DNA of 64,000 bases. Source: Lytechinus pictus. Its lineage: Eukaryota. Below the pieces are notes generated by a model, which was given only the letters and a program-made list of their open reading frames with translations, did no database searches and had not been told where the DNA came from. Position numbers and translations under genes: made by a program. The first letter of the stretch is position 1. Each line of letters opens with the position of its first letter. The DNA lies in the NCBI RefSeq assembly GCF_037042905.1, contig NC_087250.1:15564001-15628000 (forward strand), read 5' to 3'. Shown here piece after piece: positions 40,955-53,500 of the stretch.

Positions 40955-42454
40955 TAGCCAGGAGGCTTCTTGAGAGTAAAAATCATTTACTAACGTATGC
41001 TTACTGATGTACTCTCAATGAAGCCAGGGATTCCTTCCTATTCATCTGCGTGTACCGCCAGAAAAACCTGAAACTTTCGCCCCCAAGATTTCTACTTTCC
41101 ATCTAAAACATCTAGCCATAAATCATGTACATGGGATAAAACTTCATTTCCGACATTTCATAACGTTGGGGAAGTACAATACTCAATAGGAAACAAGATG
41201 GCGGCGTAAATATCGGGCAAGTCTCTTCCGTCTTTTCACAATATTTTTCTCATTTTTTAATGAATTCTTGTTTAAAGATAAAACCGAGAGCGTAGAAATG
41301 TTGGAAATGAAGTTTTATCCCATACATGATTTATGGCTAGATGTTTTAGAAGGAAAGTAGAAATCTCGGGGGCGAAAGTTTCAGGTTTTTTGGCGGTACA
41401 TGCAGATGAATAGGAAGGAATCCCTGGCTTCATTGAGAGTAAGCATACGTTAGTAAATGATTTTTGTCTCACCTGCATAGCAGAGTGAGACTATAGGCGC
41501 CGCTTTTCCGACGGCGACGGCGGCGGCGGCGGCGACGGCGGCGTCAACACCAAATCTTAACCTAAGGTTAAGTTTTTGAAATGACAGCATAACTTAGAAA
41601 ATATATGGACCTAGTTCATGAAACTTGGCCATAAGATTAATCAAGTATTACTGAACATCCTGCCTGAGTTTCATGTCACATGACCAAGGTCAAAGGTCAT
41701 TTAGGGTCAATGAACTTAGACCATGTTGGGGGAATCAACATCAAAATCTTAACCTAAGGTTAAGTTTTTGAAATGTCATCATAACTTAGAAAATATATGG
41801 ACCTAGTTCATGAAACTTATACATAAGGTTAATCAAGTATCACTGAACATCCTGCATGAGTTTCACGTCACATGACCAAGGTCAAAGGTCATTTAGGGTC
41901 AATGAACTTTGGCCGAATTGGGGGTATCTGTTGAATTACCATCATAACTTTGAAAGTTTATGGATCTGATTCATGAAACTTGGACATAATAGTAATCAAG
42001 TATTACTGAACATCCTGTGCAAGTTTCAGGTCACATGATCAAGGTCAAAGGTCATTTAGGGTCAATGAACTTTGGCCAAATTGGGGTATTTGTTGAATTA
42101 CAGCCATAAATTTGAAAGTGTGTTGGTCTAGTTCATAAAACTTGGACATAATAGTAATCAAGTATCACTGAACATCCTGTGCGAGTTTCAGGTCACATGA
42201 TCAAGGTCAAAGGTCATGTAAGGTCAAAGAACTTTGGCCACGTTGGGGGTATTTGTTGAATTGCCATCATATCTCTATAAGTGTATTGGTCTAGTTCATA
42301 AAACGTGGAAATAAGAGTAACCAAGTATCACTGAACATCTTGTGCGAGTTATAGTAGTTTTCAAAATCAGCACTGCTGCTATATTGAATCGCGTGATGCA
42401 GGTGAGACGGCCAGAGGCATTCCACTTGTTACTCTCAAGAAGTCTCCTGGCTAG
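40955..42454. mobile_element. MITE (tagccaggaggcttcttgagagt) interrupted by Helentron-like element; uninterrupted copy at 42654-43108
   Basis: TIRs and empty-site paralogue. Confidence 0.8.
41466..42430 (+). mobile_element. Non-autonomous Helentron/DINE-1/pearl-like element with (GGC)n microsatellite and 162-192-bp core repeats
   Basis: Subterminal inverted repeat gtctcacctgcat/atgcaggtgagac, insertion into a T run without TSD, ~5 core repeats. Confidence 0.8.
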
Positions 42455-44028
42455 ATATATGCTCCGCTAAGTCTGACTTGTCTGGCTCCATGGCATCCCA
42501 TGCTCCGACCGTCAATAGACAGAGTCTCTCATAATTAGACTCTAACATTACTATTTATTTGAAGTGGGCCGGAGCCCAGAAGGTAACCATAGGCTGCCAC
42601 AGGCAGTAGAGGTGCATGGCCAAGTTGGGAGACTGTCTCCCATGTGAGAGATTTCTAGACAGGAGGCTTCTAGAGAGTAAAAATCATGATTTACTAACAT
42701 ATTCTTACTCTCCACGAAGCCAGGGATTCCATCCCATTCATCTGCGTGTACCGCCAAAAAACCTGAAATTTTCGCCCCCAAGATTTCTACTTTCCTTCTG
42801 AAAGATCTAGCCCTAAATCATAAATGGGATACAAGTTTTACAACTTCATTTCCGACAATTTTACGATATCGATTTCATTTTTAAACAAGAAATTCATCAA
42901 AAAAATGAGAAATATTATGAAAAGATGGGGGAGACTTGCCACTATCTTGTTTCTCATTGTTCTTCGCCACGCGTCTGTAACACTGGCAAAGTACAATGTT
43001 TCTGGTTTTTTGACGGTTCACGCAGAGGAATGGGATGAAATCCCTGGCTTCGTGGAGAGTAAGCATACGTTAGTAAATGATTTTTACTCTCTTGAAGCCT
43101 CCTGGCTAAGTAAGATTATCTCCAATATTAGAGACTTTTAAAAAGAATTTGGGTATCCAATTTCAGAGAGTCTCTAGTTTGGGAGACCAATATCCTTTGT
43201 TTTCATTTGTTGCAAATGGATTAACTTGGCGGCAAATTAAAAGTTGATAAGCAGATTCCTCATCGAAAATTACCCCTTTTCACCATCTACTTTTGTTTCG
43301 ATAAGGTTGTCATCCACACACAAAATGAATTGGCCTCTGACCTCAGTGAGACAAAATTTTGGATGGAAAGAATTATGCAAGTCTCCGATATTGGAGATTG
43401 TTTCCCATATTGGAGAGAGTCTCTCATATTGGCTGTGCGCCTCTACTGACAGGCATGGCAACAGGGGTACCTTCGAGGTTGGGGGCAAAAAGCCCAAATT
43501 AAAGAAGAAAAAAATCATTCACCCACCTCAATTCAATGGATGAGGCCTAACCGACAGCAGAATACGTACATCGAGGCGGTAGCCCGCGAAGTGGGCCGGA
43601 GCTCTCTGGGTTATCATATTACATGTAGAACTTGTAGTGCCAGTGCTTCCTACGATGCTTAACTAACTACAACATCTATAGATAGGGAGACCGCAAGATT
43701 TTTCATCAACCACTTCATTATAGTGCAAAATAGAAATCTACCAAATTTCATAGTAATCCATGAATCGGTTTTTGAGTAATAAAAAAATTTGAATGAAATT
43801 CAGCCAAATGCTCCCAAATAGGCTCTGTAGTATTATTTGTCACAACACACACACAGCTGAAACACATGACCACACACAAGAGTGCAGATATTTTGTGTGC
43901 AGTTTTGCATTGGGCTTTATGGAGTATGGGGGGGGGGGGGGAGGGTATTTTGAAATAAATTCTGACACTTTGATCCAGAAGGAAAGGTGAAAATTTAGTA
44001 TTTCAATTGGCTTTGCCATTATCAATAC

Positions 44029-45771
44029 TAAGCCTGAGTCATATCGATTATTTTGAAAAACCGGTGTTCGACAGCTTTAATTCGATCGAACATCGATGAA
44101 TCGAATTTTGAAGGCGCGGCGGGGAAAATCGAGTCCATATTTTGTTTGCTCCGGCCGTCGCGTCAATGCGCTATGCACGCATTGCATGCAGTGAAGGTAT
44201 GCGCTGGCTGGGTGAGCGTTTCACAAGCAGATGACAGAGCAAAGTTCGTTTGTATTTTCCATGATCACAAAACACAAAAAAGCCGGGGACCAATGCAGAA
44301 TTCTTCCCAAAATATCATCAACAATGATATTTGCAGATGACAATATATAAGTTTAAAATGAAACAATATCAAAGACATGAATCACGCAGAGTCGATCCGA
44401 ACGATTTTCGGTCAATTAGCATTCGCGGTCCAGACTCGCACACACCAGCCCCGGCCAGCGCCAGCAAAAAAGTGCAACCAGCGGGAGCACTGTAACTTGC
44501 CTGAGATTGTGTAGTTATAGATCCAAAATGAGCTCCAAATTGACGGGAATAAATACGTAATTTTATCTGGATGGTCATTTGAATTGGTATTCAATGCTGA
44601 TATAACAATTGTGAGGAAAGATTGTGGAATATGAATAATGACGATGTTCGAGAATTAATCCTGATATGATAATCCATATTTTCTTAATTTTAGACACAAG
44701 ACAAGATCAGAGCATGCGATCGAAATAAATATGTCTGGGATCGAGCATTAAATTCATATTAATTATTATTGGATGTTAAATAATTACGATTTAATAAGAT
44801 TTTATGGCCACACAATGTCAGCAAAGCATGTCATGTTCATATGGAAGTATTTATAGTATTATACTGGCATTATTTTTTATTTTTATTCCATCTCTGGCCT
44901 GGACGTCTCTGTAGCTAGCTAGCTCCGAGAAAAAGAAGCACAATGCGCATGCGCGTTCGTTGACGTAGGACATATTTTCCATTCATGAAAATCAGAGCCC
45001 GAAGTTGGGCACAAATTAGCTTCAAATTGATGGAAAAAAATATCACGCAATTTACTCTGTTTTGTCATGTAAAATGTTATTATATGGAGATATTACGATC
45101 TTGAAAAAGTTTCTGCATGTTGACAATGTTCGAGAATCAATCCTGACGTGATAATTTTTTTTTTAGACAAGTGCACTCGCTCAAGTCGATCTTCATGTGA
45201 TGTCCGTCATTGAAAATTGAAACAAAATACAAACGTTTCACATCAAGCTCTAAATTCATATTAATGATTATCATATGCAAATTATTGTCAAATATTACGA
45301 TTAAATAATGTTCTATGGTCATGATATTAATATTGTTCATGATAGCAAGGTTTATTTTACGTTGATTGCGTCAATTTTCCGGCCATTTTCTGTTTTGATT
45401 AAAGCACAGTACAGCGCATGTGCTGCACGATCGATGACTTCCATTCATGAATTCATCGTGCATAAATTATCTCGGCACGAGCAGACGAGTAAGACTCGAA
45501 CTATGATCGAAATAAACTTCAAATTAATGGTGAATAGGCATCATAATTACACAATTGGTTTCATTTTGGGGGGAATACAAATCAAGTAAGTAGTACTAGT
45601 AGTCAAGTTGGACATTTCTGTTTATTTTGATGATTGATTGTGGGAACCAAACGAATCGGCCGGCCGATGTATTTTTTTTTTTTTTTCGGTGCACCGATTT
45701 TGCAAAATCTGCACCGGCGCTCGATGACATCGATCGAACACCGATTTTAAAATCGATTTGACTCTGGCTTA
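44029..45771. mobile_element. hAT-like non-autonomous element
   Basis: taagcc(t/a)gagtca TIR; perfect 8-bp TSD atcaatac. Confidence 0.85.
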
Positions 45772-46191
45772 ATCAATACTACAAAAACCTGCTAGTTTAC
45801 AAAAAATTGGTACATTTATTCACAAGATACAAGACTTTGAAGTTTCTTTTTTTAATGCTACATCAAAATTATGATAGTAACCAAATGTAAACTGTAAGCT
45901 ATTTGGAGCATTTTATTCTCTTTAATTTGATACCAAAATCATTAAATCTGGATAACGGGATCATATGTCAGAAATATGAACTTTGATTTTTCCCTGAAAA
46001 CCCAAACCATTTTTGGCTGTGTGAATGCGGTGAAAAGGGCGAAATTTTTAGCTCTGTGTGCTATAGGAAAAAGGGTGAGCTACCGCACCTTCCTCAAATA
46101 CTGCTTAATTCCCCCTTTTGGTAGGGGTAAAAGAGTGCGCTAAAGCAAAGTTATTAATGAAGAACGTAATTAGCTTACCAGTTTTTCCCCC

Positions 46192-46440
46192 GTTTGTGAA
46201 ATATGTGATTTAATATCCAAAATTTTGATTTGAAAGAGCCGGTGTCAGTTTCCAACGATCGATCGTTGTCGTATTTCTTTTTCAGGTTGAGCCCTAGCCA
46301 ATGAATGCCCAGCCAATCACATGATTGGCTGGTGCTTTGTTGGCTCAAGCTGCAAAAGAAACATGACGATCAATCGTTGGAAACTGACACCAGCTCTTTC
46401 AAATCAAAATTTTTGATATTGAATAACACATTTCACAAAG
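46192..46440. repeat. Palindromic MITE-like element
   Basis: ~80-bp inverted arms tttgtgaaat...gtttccaacgat. Confidence 0.7.
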
Positions 46441-47354
46441 CTGCTCATCTAAATGTTGCCCATTGACTGTGTAGCACAAACAGCCAAGCTCTATTTTCTG
46501 TTTTTGGTTTGCTTACTATATTTCACCTTTATATATCTTTTAACTTCTCAGATTTACAGGAATTGCTGAAGAGTTTTTTGACAGACCAAGAAGCAGTTCC
46601 TATTGTTGAGATGCGTAGCAGAGGCCAGAAGACACCGCAAAATTTTGAATGAAACTGGTATGAATGGTTCCATAGCAAGTACAAATGTGGATCTACATTA
46701 TCAAAGCAAACAAAGTTCACCAAATTGATAACCATGGCTTCATCTTAGAGTTGGTTAGTTGACTCGGTTCTGATATCCAGATATTATAACACTCATCTTG
46801 CGGTGTTGATAGAGTTCGGCCACAAAAGAGACTTCAGTCAAACTACATTGTTGAACATGTTAGTATGAACACTATTCCAAGAACAAGTGCAATATCAACA
46901 AATTGGTTAGCCAAGTGTCGGGGAAGCACTGCAGAGGTGTCCAGGACCGGGTCGTATTGAATGCATGCATTGTATGATGTTTGCCTTGCAATGCCTGGAC
47001 ATTGAGAAGGTTAAGGTTCAAGCCATGATGAACTGATTATCATCTTACATTGATTTGACTTTTCACACTGTCATTGTTTGAGGGTACACTGAGGAAATTA
47101 CATGTTCAAGATGCTTGGGCAACAAAGCTTCATTATAGAACCATAATAACAGACAGACAGAACATCATCTTGTTTCAACTGAGTGACCCCCTGTGAAACC
47201 CCAACACTTAAAGGAGGATGAGACAATACATAAACTCTGTCTTTGTCATGCTGTCCATGTGTAAATCCTAAGCTACAGCTCACTGAGGACGTTAGTACTT
47301 TTGGTGGCAGCGGTGGGATAATTGGATTTGAAGGCCACGCACTGGGACGCTGGC

Positions 47355-47504
47355 ATGGATGCCAAGGGGAAAGGCAAAGGGGTGGACAAGTCCTCAGCAA
47401 CCCCAGAGAATGTCAAGAAGCAGGTGATGGTGAGGGTTCCTGGAGACCAGGTCAAGAGGCCAGGGCCAGGCAAGAAGAAGACCAGGAATACTCATTCTGA
47501 GGCG
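47355..47504 (+). CDS. SHOC2: SHOC2 coding exon 1 (MDAKGKGK...[17 protein letters not shown])
   Basis: ggcATGG context, in-frame TAA upstream at 47319, gtaagt donor, KRP motif. Confidence 0.8.
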
Positions 47505-50500
47505 GTAAGTAGTCCAGGGCACTGTAACACAAAGCTTTGTGTTGAATATGAAATATTAAAGAACGCTTCATATTGGTTCCTGGTCCTTATTTTGATCAAA
47601 TTTTGAAGGTCACATTGATCCAGATTTCAAGAAAAAAACCCCACTGATTCTGTACACTGTATGTGGCCCAATGGAATGAAGTGATCAGTGAAACACAAAA
47701 GATCCATCACCGCGAATGATGATCGATGGTGAAACTACCATGTATAACATGACTCACTTTTGACCATTCTATTACAACATTCTTAATATGCAGAATACAA
47801 TAACTTTCATGCCATGGGGTCCAGGGTCCCGTAACACAAAGATTAGTAATTTATCGTATGCTTGATTTTCACGATTGATTGTACATTGTAGTCAATGCAA
47901 TCAATTGTAGAAAATCGTACGATCATTTCTAAGTTCTGTGTTACGGGACCCAGATTTTGATCAAAATTGCCAAATCCACATGTACATATGTAGGTACATG
48001 CACAGGCAAACTGACTATTATAAATCCACCTTTTATACAATGCAAGTCAAATATTCCCCACCCCAAGGCCCCAAGTCAAAGCAATTTTCCCAACCAGGGC
48101 TCCGTAACACAAGATAACGAACAATAAGTGATAAGTGATATAAGTTCATTCAAACCAAGCAAGTGATATAACAATCGCTAAATAAACTGACCAATCAATA
48201 TTAATGTTACACGTATGCGCCTGACCAGGGACTAATCAGTGAGGTTCTTTCATATTTGCAATCCATCGCAAACCTTTGTGTTACTGAGCCCAGATTATAC
48301 AAAATGGGTGTTACACTGTTATTCATACTTGTATAATAATGATTTGGATTTATATTGCGCTTTTTGCTCAAGGATTCAAAGTGCAACCATGATTAGCCCT
48401 TCTTTAGCTCGAGCTACGTGTACCAATTTACACTGGCACTCAGTGCATTCAAGGAATTAATCCTACTGGGTACCAATTTACCTCACGTGGGTTGAGCGCA
48501 GCACAATGTGGATCAATTTCATGCTGAAGGAAACTACGCCATTGCTAGGATTTGAACCCACGACCCTCTATTCCAAAGTCTGGACACTGATCCACTCGAG
48601 CGCCCAATCAAGGTAGCTGTGCTAAAGCCGGGGTAATAATAACATAGTGTTAAGCAGGGCCCGCTGGGAGAACAGTTTTCAGAACTGAAGTGGCTACCGT
48701 GGGTAATATATGACATTATTACTGGGTCACAACGCTCCACTTGTACATGTCTATAAAGCAGAATTTCTCCTGATATGAAAAGATTTCTTTGAATTCATAT
48801 TGTTATTGAAAGCAAAGTTACATGTACCTACAGCAAACAAGGAAGTGGAGCATTTTACAGGACCTGTTCACATGGTGATATCTACACGCACATATCAACA
48901 GTGTGAATGGGGCCTATAAAATTATTCAGGGCCCATTCACATACTGGATAATTGCATGCACATAAATTGTATTTTTTTTATTTCGTAATTGACACTGACA
49001 CTGTAGGATCTGAGCAAGGAGTTTGCAAAATGCAAGGAGCAAGGGGACAGAAGACTTGATCTTAGCAAACTATCGGTATGTTGCAATTGGTTTTTGGTCT
49101 AATACCAGTTGGTTTTCATTTTGGGAATATACCTTGTTTGATTCATGTCAGTAATTCCTATTTTATAGAAAATTTACGTGAGAAAAATAATTTCTTTACA
49201 TATGTATTTAATAAATATAATGGTTGAAGTGAAGGCAATTGATTGAATGTAAGCATAATTTCTTCCAAAGTTTTTCTTTCTGTTAGGATGACAAATGTAA
49301 ATCCTAAGATATTTTAAGTGATATTTGTGCTGTAATCGAATTTATTTAACCCACTTTTAAAACTGAGTTTCCATAAAATTATTTGAATTATGTGTTTCTA
49401 TTAAACTCGGTGATAATTTAAAACATCTATATTGCTGAAAACATATCAGTGATTTTAGCATTTATGAACTTAATGTAGTAGATTGAAAATTTTTCTTAAG
49501 CAATAAATCTTTAAAGGACAAGTCCATCCCAACAAAATGTTGATTTGAATAAAAAGAGAAAAATCCAACAAGTATAACACTGAAAATTTCATCACAATCG
49601 GATGTAAAATAAGAAAGTTATGACATTTTAAAGTTTCGCTTAATTTCACAAAACAGTTATATGCACATCCTGGCTGGTATGCAAATGAGGAGACTATGAC
49701 GTCATCCACTCACTATTTCTTTTGTATTTTATTGTATGAAATATTCTAATTTTCTCATTGTCAAGTGATACAATGATTAATTCCTCCCTGAACATGTGGA
49801 ATTAGCATTGTTTGATACTATATGGTTCAGTCAAGTTGGTCCTTATTGTCAAATGTGTAAAAATGAAATATTGTATAATTCAAACAATAAAAAACAAAAG
49901 AAATAGTGAGTGATGGACATCATTGACTGACTCACCTAGTTGTGCATATCACTGTTTCGTGAAAAATAAGCGAAATTTTAAAATGTCATAACTTTCTTAT
50001 TTTACATCCGATTTTGATGAATTTTTCAGCACTATTCTAGTTTAATTTTTCTCTTTTTATTCAAGTCAGCATTTTCCTTGGGTGGACTTGACCTTTAATG
50101 TCTGTAGGTTAAATATGATTTGATCATTATAGTTTTTTTTTTCATATTGCTTATTTTCTCCTTAAAAAGTGTAGTTGATTTTTAGGATTACATGTATGAC
50201 ACTGCGTTGTATAGGTGTACTCTTTATGTCTTTCATTTGTTTTCTCATTGTCTCTAAATTATTGATTAAAAAAAAAATCCTTTTTCCCCCATTCAGATCG
50301 CCATTCTCCCGAGTTCGTTGAAAGATGTAAGTACATAAAGAAGCATTTAAACAATACTTTGTGTGAAAATAGGATTGAAAACCAAACAATTAAATCGTTT
50401 GCGGTCATCCAAAGCGTCATGTCACACATACAACGGTGCAAACACATTTGAGAGAAAATCGACATCAAAGTTTATTGTAATTTTCACACTTACATGTAGT

Positions 50501-53500
50501 TTCCCAGCCTTACAACATATTCATTGCTAGAAAAATACATGGTTGGAAAGACCAAGAGAATTGCTTGACTTTGGTATCTTCATTTTTACACGAAACCAAG
50601 AATGAGAGAAAATATCGCCAAAGAGCTACATGCTTGTAATTTTGGTTTGAGCTGTTTAGATTTCCCCTGTACAAAAACGCCATAGGAGATACAACAACCC
50701 TGACAGCGATTTCAATTTCGCTTTTTCATGTGCAAAGTCAATGCAGTGCCGATACGACGGTTTGACTGACCGCGCATTTGCATATTAAGGACGTTCCACA
50801 GTTAAAGTGAAATCCATGTCATTTTCACCAAACTTTGCACATAGATACCTTAGAACCTTAATATTCGAAATATGCAAAAATTAACATAGGTCCATGTGCT
50901 TGATTTTTTGCTATAGAGCTTCAAAGTTCACCCAAATTGATGTTCTTAAGAATTGCGCATTCAAAATAATTTGGCATTTTTAGACCTCGCAAGATTACTA
51001 CAATGAATTTAAATCTTTATTACTCAGTCAAAATACATGAAAAAGTCATCAAATTTCGCAAGAGAGTTAATAATTGTATCGTTAGAAGGGATAATCTTTT
51101 ATAGTGCTATTTGTTTGCAATTTTAAGTCTAACAGCACTGTCAGTTCTTAGAAATGGTGTAAAAGATAACAAAAACCCAATCTCAAAAATGTGAAATTTC
51201 AATAACAAACTACAAAAGTACAATAAATGCTGCACTTTATTCAAAATCCATGTCATTTTCACCAAAATTTGCAAAGTTGTAGAGGAAGGTATACCTAAGA
51301 GGTACAAACATTAAAAAATAGGGGTTCATGTGCTTGTTTTCAAACTATCAGCATTTTTATTAGAGCAAATGTGCTTTTTAAAACACCAAAAATGCGCCGA
51401 ATGCTTTGTATCTATGTGAAGAAAAAATCAAAACCACTCTACCATTTATTCAAACTCGGGGTCATATTCGTGATTCTTGGCAGCACTGCAGAGTAAAGTA
51501 TTTTGAAATTGTAGAGATATTTTTAAAAATGGTCCATGGAATAATTCCATTTTCTTAGCTTCATGAAATAACGCATCGGATCTGCAGTTAGAGTGCAGAT
51601 GATGAGAAAAATCAGCTCATACCCACAGCTAATTAATCACTTGTTCATCCATTGTGACGTCAGCGCGCAGAATTTAAAATATGCGCAGATCATAATGCGC
51701 ACAAACATAACTGTGGAACGTCCTTAAGTGGTGTTTGCTTTGCTACAGTACACGTTTCCTATGGGATTTGCACATTTTTTCAACAATTTGCATGGCATTG
51801 CCGTGAAAATTCCCACATATCTCAGAAACTTCAATAAATTGCTGCCTAGAAATTTAATTATAAACAGAATAGGACTTAATTTTCTGCAAAAATCTCAAAA
51901 TCAATTTTTTGACCAAAATAGACTAATACGATAGTTCGGATGAATGCCGACAAAATAATTTGGTGTCAGTGATAGGACAAACATACTCCCGATGGGTTTT
52001 ACATGTAGGCTGGAATGGCAAGAAAAATCAGAATTAATCCAATCAAAACAGAAACGCATAACATGGCTGTTTTAGGAGAGTATTCATGTGCCCCTTTTTC
52101 CCAGAGGGTTGGTTGATTTGAATTTCTTAAAGCTACAAAGTGGATTAGCAATCAAAACACAAAACACTGTTATTCCAAGAGATTGCACCATATTCCTGAC
52201 ATTTTTTCTTAGGGTGTCTTTTTATATGAAAAACAACTTTTATGTGAAAAACAATAGATTCAAGCAAGAAAATTCAGAAATGCTCCGAAAGTCCTATTTG
52301 GTCAACAGTATCATTTGTATGGATGTGAGAGTTTTTAGTTGATTTCAGCTAATTTTTGTTCTTTTTTTCGTTTAGCTTATTTCTAGCTTTTTGTCTGCAG
52401 GAAATTGCCCCTGTGACCTTCAGCATCCGTTTGGCCGCCGCTGGCCTAACCATTCCGATTTGACCTCGACGAAACACAAAACATAGCTCCCTCTCCCTTC
52501 TCAGCCTGTGATAACGATTCATCTTCTTTCTGTTTTTAGCTCACTCAGCTTGTGGAACTGTATCTCTATGGGAACAGACTCGTTTGCTTACCTGCGGAGA
52601 TAGGTTGCCTTTGCAACCTGGAGAGATTGGCGCTGAACGAGAACTCACTGACGACATTACCAGAAGAATTGGAGAAGTTGAGCTCCCTGAAAGTCCTGGA
52701 TCTGAGGCACAATAAACTTAAAGAGGTAATTACATTAAAACCTGTCTATTGTGACAACCTAAGGGAAACACAACATGTGACCTTTATTGACAGGTGGCTG
52801 CTACAGACAGGTCCCTATACACACTATCTGCCTCCATAGGAATGGACCCTTGGTGGGACCTGTAACACAAATCTAAACAATCATCGTAGAATTTTGTATA
52901 CGATTGATTGCATTGACTACCTTGTACAACTAATCATAGAAATCAAGCGTACAATCAATTGCTTACTTCTGTGTAACAGGGCCCTGCAGTTCACATGTAC
53001 ATATACGTGTAAATCACGCACCCTAATGATCGAGAGATTTTATGCAAAGAATAGGATTTGTGCGAATACAGATTTGAAAAAAAAGAGACAAATTTAGAGA
53101 AGACACTGGGAATCATATCTCGATGGCCCTTCTCGACTTCTTGGGAGTGTTTCATCAACGTTTTGCCGACATGCTGTAGAATTTAACATCTTAACTTGAT
53201 TTGGATTGGCTGAGAAGCAGTGTTACCATTGTAACTGTTAGATAAAATGGGACTTGTCGGATAAAAGACCTTTCATGAAATGCTTCCAGGAGCGAAAGTG
53301 ACAGCAACTTTGCAGTCAAATTCCATCAGATATCAGACAACAATTTAAACAAGGCCAGCCTAGTGGGGCCTGTTTCATAAAACTTTTTATGATTACAAAT
53401 ATGCAGTTGAAAGCTACTGAGAATCATTCAATTTGATTGGCTGATTGATTTTTTTTTATAAACAGATTCCTGTTGTGGTGTATAAGCTTCTTTCGCTAAC

